From positions 1 to 50,832 of the forward strand of contig CAIKKG010000014.1 in NCBI GenBank assembly GCA_903827975.1: 50,832 nt of DNA. The letters run 5' to 3'. The first letter of the stretch is position 1, and every line of letters starts with the position of its first letter. A model generated the notes under the pieces. It was not told the origin of the DNA. It was given only the letters and a program-made list of their open reading frames with translations, and searched no databases. Made by a program: the position numbers and the translations under genes. Source of the stretch: an uncultured bacterium. Its GTDB lineage: Bacteria; Patescibacteriota; Minisyncoccia; UBA6257; GWB1-50-10. Below are positions 28,890 through 36,984 of the stretch, in pieces.

Positions 28890-29546
28890 TTAGTTTTTCG
28901 AACACTTTCCGTTATAGAAATCGATTGTACTGCATTCCTTACCATCCTTCCATTTGCAGACAGAGTTTGGAACCGCAAAAGTTGATCCCCCACTCCAAGC
29001 ACAGTATTTCTGGTCAATCGTGTCATATCCAGTCGTTTTCATTCCGCCGACCTGACACTCTCCTCTAAACAATGCCCATTCCTCACATGCGCGCGCATCT
29101 TCGAAATAACAAAGTCCATACTCACTTCCATCTTCTTTTTTCTGCATTTGTAGATTGCCGCCAACTTTAACACAGTTTTCTGATGCAGGATTTGCGATTT
29201 GTGGATTTGGTGGTTGTGGTTCCGGCTCTGATATTACTGGTGCATTTTTAACCTCATTCATTCTAGGAATCGAGATGATCGTATATATGATTGTAGATAA
29301 TATTACTAAACCAAATATGCCAAGCATCCACGTGTCTTCCTTGTTTGGATTCTTAAATTGTGCGCGAATACTTACCACTAGACCATAAAGCAACCCGCCA
29401 AATAGGAATACTAGGCTTGTTGGAATAAGCCAGAATGGTTCCTGGAGTACCCCATTATCCAAAACCTTTGAGCCAATGAGTGTATATGCAATAAGGCAGA
29501 CGATTCCTAAAATAAATAAAATAAAAGAGATAAAATATTTCTTCAT
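28890..29546 (-). CDS. DUF3955 + DUF333 membrane protein
   Basis: IGS.V..NG.LQEPF.LIP (DUF3955-like); IANPASENC...GG and CEEW (DUF333-like). Confidence 0.75.
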   Translation of the reverse strand: MKKYFISFILFILGIVCLIAYTLIGSKVLDNGVLQEPFWLIPTSLVFLFGGLLYGLVVSIRAQFKNPNKEDTWMLGIFGLVILSTIIYTIISIPRMNEVKNAPVISEPEPQPPNPQIANPASENCVKVGGNLQMQKKEDGSEYGLCYFEDARACEEWALFRGECQVGGMKTTGYDTIDQKYCAWSGGSTFAVPNSVCKWKDGKECSTIDFYNGKCSKN

Positions 29547-29584
29547 ATTTTGATTGTAACACAGAGAATTAGTGCACCACCCAT

Positions 29585-30544
29585 TTACACCTTTAAAATT
29601 ATTTCTATTGTGTCTCTAATAACATCTGGATCACTGAATATCTGATTGCCATCGGTAATCAGTACAAGCGGGGCTGATATAACCCTCGGGTCTTCTGATT
29701 TATTAAATAAATCTAGAATTCCTTTGCTTTCTAATGAATATTTCAAAAGTACTTCATTAGGAATTGTCGCGTTGTTACATATAATATAATCCGCATTTCT
29801 TCCTAATCGTTTTTCAATACTCTCCACGAAATCAGCGGCAGTATAATTATCCGTCTCTCCCTTTTTAGTCATAATATTCAGAATCAAAATTATTTTTGAA
29901 TTTGATTTCTGAATCGCTTCTTTTACTCCTTTTGGTAATAAAGTTGGAATAATACTCGAATATAAGTCCCCCGGGCAGATGATTATATAATCAGACTTTT
30001 CAATTGCATCTAAAGTTGCAATTGATGCACTGACTTCAGGCTTAAGATAGATATCTGATATTGAATGCACACTTGGATTCCACAAAGGATTCTTCGCAAT
30101 CATATCAATATTTGTTTCTCCTGAAATTGTATTTCCAATATTTAGCCTTGCGCACAATTCTGTTTTCTCATTTGTTACTGGCAATATTCTGTGGTCTCCC
30201 AATCCGCACAACCTCCCCATCAATTTTGGAGCTTCTTCATACCCACCAACTTTTTCAAGTGCGTGGAACAATACATTTTTTACCGAGTGACTATGCAACG
30301 GTCCATTCTCATATCGAAACATGAGTGTCTTTGCAAGAAGTTCGTCCTCGCATAATGCTGCGATGCATTTTGTCACATCGCCTGTATATCCACTTCCGTC
30401 ATACTCATTTTGTAATATGCCGGTTGATCCGCCCGAATCAGTGCTTGGGCAGATGCCGGTAATTCGAATATCTTCTAATTGTTTGAGGGCCTTAAGAACT
30501 TGTGAGTGTCCGCTTCCTCCCCCAAATGTCACGACATGTTTCAT
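29585..30544 (-). CDS. YvcK/GlmR (CofD-related) family protein
   Basis: GGGSG, TDSGGSTG, GETNID, PGDLYSSIIP, NIMT..GET. Confidence 0.92.
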   Translation of the reverse strand: MKHVVTFGGGSGHSQVLKALKQLEDIRITGICPSTDSGGSTGILQNEYDGSGYTGDVTKCIAALCEDELLAKTLMFRYENGPLHSHSVKNVLFHALEKVGGYEEAPKLMGRLCGLGDHRILPVTNEKTELCARLNIGNTISGETNIDMIAKNPLWNPSVHSISDIYLKPEVSASIATLDAIEKSDYIIICPGDLYSSIIPTLLPKGVKEAIQKSNSKIILILNIMTKKGETDNYTAADFVESIEKRLGRNADYIICNNATIPNEVLLKYSLESKGILDLFNKSEDPRVISAPLVLITDGNQIFSDPDVIRDTIEIILKV

Positions 30545-30671
30545 ACAGTTTTAGTATACCCGAGGGGTGTGTCTGTGCAATCGGCCTAATGTGTGGGTTT
30601 GGCAACTAAATCAGGAATCCAAGGGTGTGTCCTCATTCAATTTATGCCAACTAGTGATACACTTTATTCAT

Positions 30672-31295
30672 ATGGAACTATCACTCATTATTGTTGTACT
30701 AGTCTTAATCGCATGGTCACTCATTGGATACTTCTCTTCTAGAGTAGAACAGACCGAATATTCCACACTAAAGAAGGCGGAGGGTTACGAAATCCGCAAA
30801 TACCCTGCTCATATAGTTGCAGAGACGATTGTTTCAGGGCCATATCGCGAAGCATTGAGTCAAGGATTTCGCATAGTAGCCGGTTATATATTTGGTGGAA
30901 ACACAAAGAAGGAGAGTATCTCGATGACTGCGCCTGTTACTCAGCAAACGTCCCGTGGGCAGTCAATTGCAATGACCGCACCCGTAATCGCAAGTATTGA
31001 TGGAGAGTCTCACACGATTGCATTTGGAATGCCTCGCTCACATACATTAGCAACACTCCCCACACCTACTGACTCGCGTGTAAGTATTGTTGAAGTGCCA
31101 GCAAAGAAGATGGCGGCAAAAAGATTCACTATGTGGCGCACTGGTGTAGGTTTTCAATCTAAAAAACAAGAACTCCTTTCAGCATTAGAAAAAGATAAAA
31201 TTACTGTAATCGGAGAACCTCAATATGCTGGATACAATGCACCATGGACTCCACCATGGATGATGCGCAACGAAGTATTAGTAGAAATTTTATAA
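30672..31295 (+). CDS. SOUL heme-binding family protein
   Basis: YEIRKY, GFR..AGYIFGGN, ISMTAPV, YNAPWT....RNEV; N-terminal TM. Confidence 0.93.
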   Translation: MELSLIIVVLVLIAWSLIGYFSSRVEQTEYSTLKKAEGYEIRKYPAHIVAETIVSGPYREALSQGFRIVAGYIFGGNTKKESISMTAPVTQQTSRGQSIAMTAPVIASIDGESHTIAFGMPRSHTLATLPTPTDSRVSIVEVPAKKMAAKRFTMWRTGVGFQSKKQELLSALEKDKITVIGEPQYAGYNAPWTPPWMMRNEVLVEIL

Positions 31296-31306
31296 CGTCT
31301 TTCGCC

Positions 31307-31756
31307 TTATATTTTATTTGGCAATAAATACCTCAAGACACTTTCCCAATCCGGAAATGTTTCGGAGCCGAAATGGATGAATTCACCCGCAAATTCAGAT
31401 GCTCCATTTTTCATCCGGTCATCAATTAAGTAATCACCCATATTTAGATTTTTGTGGTGCGTAAGAATGAGCCGTTTATGTGCTGGCTGTCCGAGATATT
31501 TTTTCACCCACTCCAACTTATCAGACCATGCAGACGGATTGTTCCATGGCGAGGTAGATAAAATATATACATCAAAAACCTGCGATAATTCCTCAAAAGC
31601 GCTAATTGCCCCATCGATTGGATCCATAAGTGCGAATATTCCCGGTATGTCGTCCTTGTCTCCAGGGGCGTCTAAAATACTTTTATCTAATTTTGGAAAG
31701 GCCGAAGGGAAATTTACCAGTACATTGTCTAGGTCGATGTAGAGAATTTTCTTCAT
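31307..31756 (-). CDS. 5'(3')-deoxyribonucleotidase (NT5C, HAD family)
   Basis: YIDLDNVLVNF, ILST.PW, GDYLIDD. Confidence 0.9.
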   Translation of the reverse strand: MKKILYIDLDNVLVNFPSAFPKLDKSILDAPGDKDDIPGIFALMDPIDGAISAFEELSQVFDVYILSTSPWNNPSAWSDKLEWVKKYLGQPAHKRLILTHHKNLNMGDYLIDDRMKNGASEFAGEFIHFGSETFPDWESVLRYLLPNKI

Positions 31757-31917
31757 ACAGTGATTTTACACTTAAAATTTATCTTGTGGTACTTTTTGGT
31801 GAAGTATGAGTATTTTTTGTGAGCAATTACACATACTTGCTTTTCCAAAACACATAACGCAGAGTATGAATAGAACCTAATGGTTTCTTTAAACCATTAA
31901 CAAAAAAAGGAGGATAT

Positions 31918-32328
31918 ATGAGCTCAGATTGTCGCTGTAATCAGTGCGGTTGTACTTTTGAACCTGTTTGGCTTGGCTCCCACTCTCTTTGCTCAGATTG
32001 TGAGAGTGAGGCCAATGAGGCCGCTAGTTTAGCAGCAGCAGAAGCGAGAGAGTCCTTGACGGATATGGGTTACACTGGGGATATTGAAGGCGCTTCTCAT
32101 ACTGTACGCTGTCGCGTTTTTCACAGCCAGGAATCCAGTGGAAGGTTCGAGGGTGGCGATATCCACCGCTGTGCTCGTTGTGAGTGCGAGATTAAGTCAG
32201 ATTTTTCAATGTGTGAAAGTTGCCTCTCAACGGCCAGAGCTGAGAGTGAGGAAAGAGACCGGCAGAGAGAATACGAACAGTCGAAAATTGACTCTGAGCT
32301 TGATAGTATCGTTAGGCGTTATACTTAG
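31918..32328 (+). CDS. acidic Cys-rich protein with two CxxC..CxxC modules
   Basis: AAGGAGG SD; CNQC..CSDC and CARC..CESC; terminator follows. Confidence 0.75.
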   Translation: MSSDCRCNQCGCTFEPVWLGSHSLCSDCESEANEAASLAAAEARESLTDMGYTGDIEGASHTVRCRVFHSQESSGRFEGGDIHRCARCECEIKSDFSMCESCLSTARAESEERDRQREYEQSKIDSELDSIVRRYT

Positions 32329-32334
32329 TAAATT

Positions 32335-32358
32335 AACCCGCCAAATTGGCGGGTTTTT
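32335..32358 (+). terminator. intrinsic terminator
   Basis: AACCCGCCAA-A-TTGGCGGGTTTTT. Confidence 0.75.
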
Positions 32359-32389
32359 ATTTTGTGCTTTTTAGGTAATAGATGGAGTA

Positions 32390-32683
32390 CTAACTCAAAC
32401 AAAAATAAAAAGTAGTGATGATTATGATTTGGAAAAGGATTGCCATTAAAATCCTTTTGATGCCTGCGAACGATAAAATAGAAACGCGATAAAACGCGCT
32501 TGTTTTTGAAGGATTGAATAAATATACCGATAGCGATAAAAAATATATTATAGCTGACATTACCATAACCACCAGAAGATTCGGACCCTCCGGATCATTG
32601 AAAAAAAAGAACATTGTCCTAGAACACACGATGGACATTAGACCCAAGATTAGTAGTGAGGTCTTTTTTGATTTGAAGTACAT
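32390..32683 (-). CDS. small 3-TM membrane protein
   Basis: FNDPEGPNLL loop between hydrophobic helices. Confidence 0.75.
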   Translation of the reverse strand: MYFKSKKTSLLILGLMSIVCSRTMFFFFNDPEGPNLLVVMVMSAIIYFLSLSVYLFNPSKTSAFYRVSILSFAGIKRILMAILFQIIIITTFYFCLS

Positions 32684-32703
32684 ATCTAAAATTATATCGG
32701 AAA

Positions 32704-32872
32704 ATTTATCAGCGTCGAAACCTACTAATTTCGACGTGATTTTTACGTATACTTATTTACTTCTTGTGTCCCTAACTGGACATCCGCGAAGCGAATTCGA
32801 GCTTTTTACAAAGCCTAAAGCAATACTAATCAGCGTCGAAACCTACTAATTTCGACGTGATTTTTACGCTTA
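32704..32872 (-). repeat. 44-bp dyad element, copies 2 and 3 (32704..32747, 32829..32872), downstream of tRNA-Gln
   Basis: ATCAGCGTCGAAACCTACTAATTTCGACGTGATTTTTACG occurs twice here and matches the copy at the window start. Confidence 0.92.
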
Positions 32873-32880
32873 AAAATCAG

Positions 32881-32951
32881 CTGAGGGACTAGGAATCGGA
32901 CCTAGATTCACGGCTTCAAAGGCCGCTGTCCTACCATTAGACGATCCCTCA
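32881..32951 (-). tRNA. tRNA-Gln(TTG)
   Basis: TGAGGGA/TCCCTCA acceptor; CTAATGGTAGGAC D-arm; GCGGC-CTTTGAA-GCCGT anticodon arm; CTAGG-TCCGATT-CCTAG T-arm. Confidence 0.95.
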
Positions 32952-33200
32952 ATTTTGTAATCTTTCGATAATACTTAATTTCTCTTTTGCTCCTCCATAG
33001 CTTTTGAGAAATTTCTCACGCTGTCTCGCTTCCATTCTATATTGGAAAGATTCTGTATGTATTAACTCGAATGGTCTTCTGCTCTTCGTTGATCTTACGC
33101 GTCCTTTATTATGATATTCCAATCGCTTTGAAATATCACTCGTTAATCCAACGTAGTGTTTATTATCCTTAAGACTTTTGAGAATGTATACAAAATACAT
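32949..33200 (-). CDS. GIY-YIG nuclease (UPF0213/SLX1-like)
   Basis: YFVYILKS...YVG.T....RL..HN.G..ST..RRP, A..RE..LK; stop TGA = first 3 nt of tRNA-Gln. Confidence 0.93.
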   Translation of the reverse strand: MYFVYILKSLKDNKHYVGLTSDISKRLEYHNKGRVRSTKSRRPFELIHTESFQYRMEARQREKFLKSYGGAKEKLSIIERLQN

Positions 33201-33206
33201 AATGCG

Positions 33207-33438
33207 GTCCTACCATTAGCCTGCCCGCGGACGGGCCTACCCGGCCAGGGACGATCCCTCAATATACTTAGACTATCAGTAATCGTAGTTATATCTACGC
33301 ACCTATCTATCCACGGACTGCGACTCGCTTTGCTCGCTTGCACTGCTGTTTGTAATCAATCGAAGACTCTTGAACAAACAGGGAGCCTACCATTAGCCTG
33401 CCCGCAGACGGGTACCCGGCCAGGGACGATCCCGCAAT
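33207..33438 (-). repeat. two interrupted copies of the tRNA-Gln 5' end (33207..33263, 33386..33438)
   Basis: CCTACCATTAG|ACGATCCC as in the tRNA (32930..32948), with 31-nt and 29-nt CCTGCCCGC...CCGGCCAGGG inserts at the same junction. Confidence 0.88.
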
Positions 33439-33604
33439 TGGTGAACTAGTATATTTAACAATAGAAACGCGATAAAATCTAGGGTTACTATTAAAATGTA
33501 CGTAAACTGAATTTGTGTTTACAAGGCATTGTGAATTAAGCATATTCTAGTTAGTTCAATGTAGGTTTTTGATTCGATATTAACAAACGAAAGGAGGTGT
33601 TTAT

Positions 33605-33700
33605 ATGCGAATTTTGTTTGAAATTACCTCTCACATTTTGAAGATTTGTGCAGATTGTCGTAAGGGCGATCATTGTGGAGAGTGCAATTGTTGCAAGTAG
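33605..33700 (+). CDS. 31-aa Cys-rich microprotein (MRILFEITSHILKICADCRKGDHCGECNCCK), not in ORF track
   Basis: AAGGAGGT SD 6 nt before the ATG; 6 Cys plus 1 His in the last 17 aa; terminator 10 nt after the stop. Confidence 0.75.
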   Translation: MRILFEITSHILKICADCRKGDHCGECNCCK

Positions 33701-33709
33701 TTGATTTAC

Positions 33710-33736
33710 AAAGGGCCACGAAATTTCGTGGCCTTT
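33710..33736 (+). terminator. intrinsic terminator
   Basis: AAAGGGCCACGAA-A-TTTCGTGGCCTTT dyad. Confidence 0.7.
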
Positions 33737-33770
33737 ATATATGATTTAAAGCACTTATAATGGATAAGTA

Positions 33771-34250
33771 ATGAAAAATGATTTGAGCAAAAAAATTGAA
33801 GAGCTCAGTTTAATAAATGATGAGTGGGGTGGCATAGATAAGAAAATAGTTATGCTTGTTGCCGCTCTAAATCTATCAGGAGTAAAGACCTCTATTTCTT
33901 GTGCTGGACATGTTGATAGGAGTTCCCAATTTCCTTATGTTACATTTCGCGGTTCGCGGCGGACAGTCGGAAAGTTTTTATCGGAGTTTTATAAGAATCG
34001 AAGAGTCAAAAAAGACACAAGAATTAATATTTATAAAGGTAAGGATGGTTTTTGGCTTTATAGTGGTGCTGGATTTTTAGTGTGGAAAAAAAAGGTACAG
34101 GAAAAAGCAAAAAAAATCTCTGAGGGTAAAAAAGTAGAAAGCCATAATCGCACAAGAGAAGAAAAACTTAAAATTAAAGTTAAGTTACTTTGTTATCAAA
34201 AGGAAATGAACGAATTTGCAAAGTTTTTGGAATATAAAATAAATGGTTAA
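33771..34250 (+). CDS. basic hypothetical protein with T..SC.GH motif
   Basis: 159-aa ORF; ID..I..LV.ALN..GVKT..SCAGH; TATAAT upstream. Confidence 0.7.
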   Translation: MKNDLSKKIEELSLINDEWGGIDKKIVMLVAALNLSGVKTSISCAGHVDRSSQFPYVTFRGSRRTVGKFLSEFYKNRRVKKDTRINIYKGKDGFWLYSGAGFLVWKKKVQEKAKKISEGKKVESHNRTREEKLKIKVKLLCYQKEMNEFAKFLEYKING

Positions 34251-34294
34251 AATATATGTGTTTCTGCGCTGAAATATTGTAAAATGATATTAAT

Positions 34295-34540
34295 ATGAAA
34301 AAAAAAACATGTGAGAGTTGTTTGATGCCCCTCTCAAAGGACACGGGGGTTGGAGAGTCAGATAAGTATTGCAGTTTTTGCTTTAGGGATGGAAAGTTGG
34401 TCTATGAAGGAAACGATGTGAATGAGTTTAAGAAAAGAGCACACGAAGGAATGATAAAAAAAGGTATGAATCCCCTTCTCGCGAAATTCTACACATGGAT
34501 GATTGGATTTGCGCCACGATGGAATAATAAACATGAGTAA
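34295..34540 (+). CDS. putative zinc-ribbon protein (Zn_ribbon_2-like)
   Basis: CESCLMPL...YCSFCF.DG...PRW. Confidence 0.85.
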   Translation: MKKKTCESCLMPLSKDTGVGESDKYCSFCFRDGKLVYEGNDVNEFKKRAHEGMIKKGMNPLLAKFYTWMIGFAPRWNNKHE

Positions 34541-34946
34541 GACTCATGAGGAGCACATAAAGGATTTTCACACTGCATTTGGGCTTGATATTGGCTCGGA
34601 GCCGACTGTGAGATTATTAAAACTTCGTCGCGCACTTATCGATGAAGAAACAAAAGAATTGTTTGCCGATATTGATTCGGCTATTTTGCATTTGGAAAAA
34701 GGAGAGTTGGTCCCCCATGAGCTCTATGTAAATATGCTAAAGGAGCTTTCTGATGTGCAGGTTGTCGTGTCTGGTACTGCGGTTGCGGTTAAGCCGTTGG
34801 AAAAGTTGGATGAGGCATTTATTCGTGTTCATGAATCGAATATGAGTAAGCTTGGGGATGATGGAAAGCCGATATATCGAGAGGATGGGAAGGTTTTGAA
34901 AGGTCCTAACTATTTTAAACCTGATCTTACTGATCTCGTTTCATAA
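34533..34946 (+). CDS. MazG-like all-alpha NTP pyrophosphohydrolase (PRA-PH/YvdC-like)
   Basis: [37 protein letters not shown]. Confidence 0.9.
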   Translation: MSKTHEEHIKDFHTAFGLDIGSEPTVRLLKLRRALIDEETKELFADIDSAILHLEKGELVPHELYVNMLKELSDVQVVVSGTAVAVKPLEKLDEAFIRVHESNMSKLGDDGKPIYREDGKVLKGPNYFKPDLTDLVS

Positions 34947-34951
34947 ATACT

Positions 34952-35179
34952 ATGCCACACGAATCGAGCGACCCATTGCACGGAAAGACATTAGAATCCA
35001 TTCTTAATTTTTTAGTTGAGCGATATGGTTGGGGTGAGCTCGGAAATCGAATCAAGATTAAGTGCTTCATGAATGATCCGAGTATTAAATCGAGTCTTAC
35101 ATTTTTACGCAAAACTCCATGGGCGAGAGAAAAGGTTGAATTGTTATATCTAATTACAATTCAGCGCGAACAGGCATAA
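34952..35179 (+). CDS. VF530 (DUF2132) family protein
   Basis: [35 protein letters not shown]. Confidence 0.92.
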   Translation: MPHESSDPLHGKTLESILNFLVERYGWGELGNRIKIKCFMNDPSIKSSLTFLRKTPWAREKVELLYLITIQREQA

Positions 35180-35421
35180 TGTATTACGTTTATATTTTGA
35201 AATGTGCGGATGGGTCTTTATATGCGGGGAGTACGAATAATCTTGAGAAAAGACTGAAGCAACACAACGAAGCAAAGTCGGGGGCGCATTATACGAAAAT
35301 CAGACGACCCGTTGAGCTGGTCTATAAAGAAGAGTGTGCCACGTATTCACTAGCCCGCACACGTGAGGCAGAGATTAAACGCCTTTCGAGAGAGAAGAAG
35401 TTAGGGTTGATTGAGAAATAA
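35179..35421 (+). CDS. GIY-YIG nuclease (UPF0213/YhbQ-like)
   Basis: YYVYILKCADGSLY.G.T....RL..HN....GA.YT..RRPV; TAATG overlap with the VF530 gene. Confidence 0.93.
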   Translation: MYYVYILKCADGSLYAGSTNNLEKRLKQHNEAKSGAHYTKIRRPVELVYKEECATYSLARTREAEIKRLSREKKLGLIEK

Positions 35422-35448
35422 AAAACGCCAGAAGGCGTTTTTCTTTTT
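35420..35448. terminator. bidirectional terminator
   Basis: AAAAAACGCC-AGAA-GGCGTTTTT. Confidence 0.7.
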
Positions 35449-35463
35449 GTTGTAAGTTGTATG

Positions 35464-36870
35464 TTAAATCTTTTCCAGTATCCCCAAAATCTTTACCATC
35501 ACCTCGGTGTCGCGTTCGCAATACTTCAACATGTTTTCGTAGAGCGCTTTCTCTTCTTCTTTCGGAAGTGTGTGATTCACAAGTGTGAGCCAGCCATTTG
35601 ATGCCTCCATACCCTCCTGAATCTCTAATTCAGAATAGGAAAGCTCTGGTACCATAACAGGCGCCACAACTTTCAATGAGCTACTCTTTCCAAACTCATT
35701 TCGTCGATATAACCTCTCTTTGAAAATAGTCATTAGGTCATACATACGCTTTTTATTCACTGCGCGTAAAAATAGCGCGTATTCTGGATGCATCACTGCC
35801 ATCTCCTTGTTTCTTCCCTTCTCAAATGTCTCATACCAGACAATCACACTTCCTTTTTCTCCTAAGTCCTCCTGCATCTGTTTCAAAAGTGCGGGAATAG
35901 GATTCTCTTTTTCTTTTGCCAAAAAATACTTGTGTGTCGTTGGGCCTCCGCGATTCTCCTGGATATGCACCGAGTACTGAAACGGCATATTCTGATATGG
36001 GTGGAATCCATCAAAAAATGGAATGGCGGGTGCGTAGGTTTCGTAATCAAAAAAGTAGAGTGGATAGACAAGCTTTTGTAACTCCGCCTTTATTGCCGGC
36101 GCGTTGCAAATTTGCTCTCCACGCACTTCGGGTACCGTGGTGCCGAGTGTGGTAACTGCCTCAGGGGAAAGCTTACGTAGAAAATCTAATGCACCATTGG
36201 GGCATAATTTTTTGAATACTACCGCAGGATCTGTATCTCCCGAGATTTTCAATGCATTTAAGGCCCCCGCAATATCCGCCCATATCTCTTTCATCATTTC
36301 GCGGGCATCGTTTGTCACGTCTTCTTTTATGAAGAATCCTTCCGATGGGTCGCCATCACAAAACTCTGCGCGCACCTCTCCCGCGCGGATGAACTCCTTA
36401 TTTACATAGATGATATAACTCTTATCAATCTCTATTCCCGCCTTCTCCCAGCAGATGCGTTGAAATGCAACATCGATAATGTGATTCTCATAGCGCTTTA
36501 ACCCTTCGCCACGTTTGACTGAAGTAGTGCTTTTTACCTCATAAAGGTTCCATTTCTTTGACTCCGCATTGAAAACTAGCATGTCCGCGCGTGAGGTAAG
36601 CTCATCAGTCATTACAGTTGGTTGTATAAGGGTAGTCTTTCCGCTCTCGATTGCCTGCTTTGTGGCTTCAAATCCCTTTATACCAAACCCCTCAATCGCG
36701 AACCCATCAGGAAAAAGGCCTTTTGAAAGCTCATCAATCTCCTTTCCCTCGTCAATTTGCTTTCCTTCTACCACAAGCAACTCCTGAGGAAGGAGGTCTT
36801 TGCGATACATAAAAAGCCATAGGTGGATGGGGCTTTCTAGATACTTCTTAAAATTTGTCTTAGTGAGCAT
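35464..36870 (-). CDS. DUF2779 domain protein (PD-(D/E)XK-like N-terminus plus RNase H-like domain)
   Basis: RADML, YEVKST, DVAFQ, YPLYFFDYET, PFQYSVH, SLK.V.P, YC.RDT. Confidence 0.88.
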   Translation of the reverse strand: MLTKTNFKKYLESPIHLWLFMYRKDLLPQELLVVEGKQIDEGKEIDELSKGLFPDGFAIEGFGIKGFEATKQAIESGKTTLIQPTVMTDELTSRADMLVFNAESKKWNLYEVKSTTSVKRGEGLKRYENHIIDVAFQRICWEKAGIEIDKSYIIYVNKEFIRAGEVRAEFCDGDPSEGFFIKEDVTNDAREMMKEIWADIAGALNALKISGDTDPAVVFKKLCPNGALDFLRKLSPEAVTTLGTTVPEVRGEQICNAPAIKAELQKLVYPLYFFDYETYAPAIPFFDGFHPYQNMPFQYSVHIQENRGGPTTHKYFLAKEKENPIPALLKQMQEDLGEKGSVIVWYETFEKGRNKEMAVMHPEYALFLRAVNKKRMYDLMTIFKERLYRRNEFGKSSSLKVVAPVMVPELSYSELEIQEGMEASNGWLTLVNHTLPKEEEKALYENMLKYCERDTEVMVKILGILEKI

Positions 36871-36908
36871 GGGTTATTGCCTTTACATTACCTTAATTAA
36901 GGATAATT

Positions 36909-36939
36909 AGAAACTCCAGCGTTTCGCTGGAGTTTCTTT
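36909..36939 (-). terminator. intrinsic terminator
   Basis: AGAAACTCCAGCG-TTT-CGCTGGAGTTTCT. Confidence 0.7.
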
Positions 36940-36984
36940 GGTGCTTTCTTAAAAAGTTTATAGCGTTTGTTGATTTAGATTCCC

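Noticed and set aside
32704..32872. Palindromic repeat-spacer-repeat as a mini-CRISPR
   Set aside because: Only two adjacent copies, an ~81-bp spacer, a third copy 32 kb away, and no cas genes.
33207..33438. Split, permuted or intron-containing tRNA genes
   Set aside because: The fragments stop at the D-arm, no matching anticodon or 3' halves follow, and an intact tRNA-Gln is adjacent.
33143..33543. ORFs 33143..33343, 33156..33449 and 33307..33543
   Set aside because: They overlap the tRNA-fragment repeats and the GIY-YIG gene and show no protein-like features.
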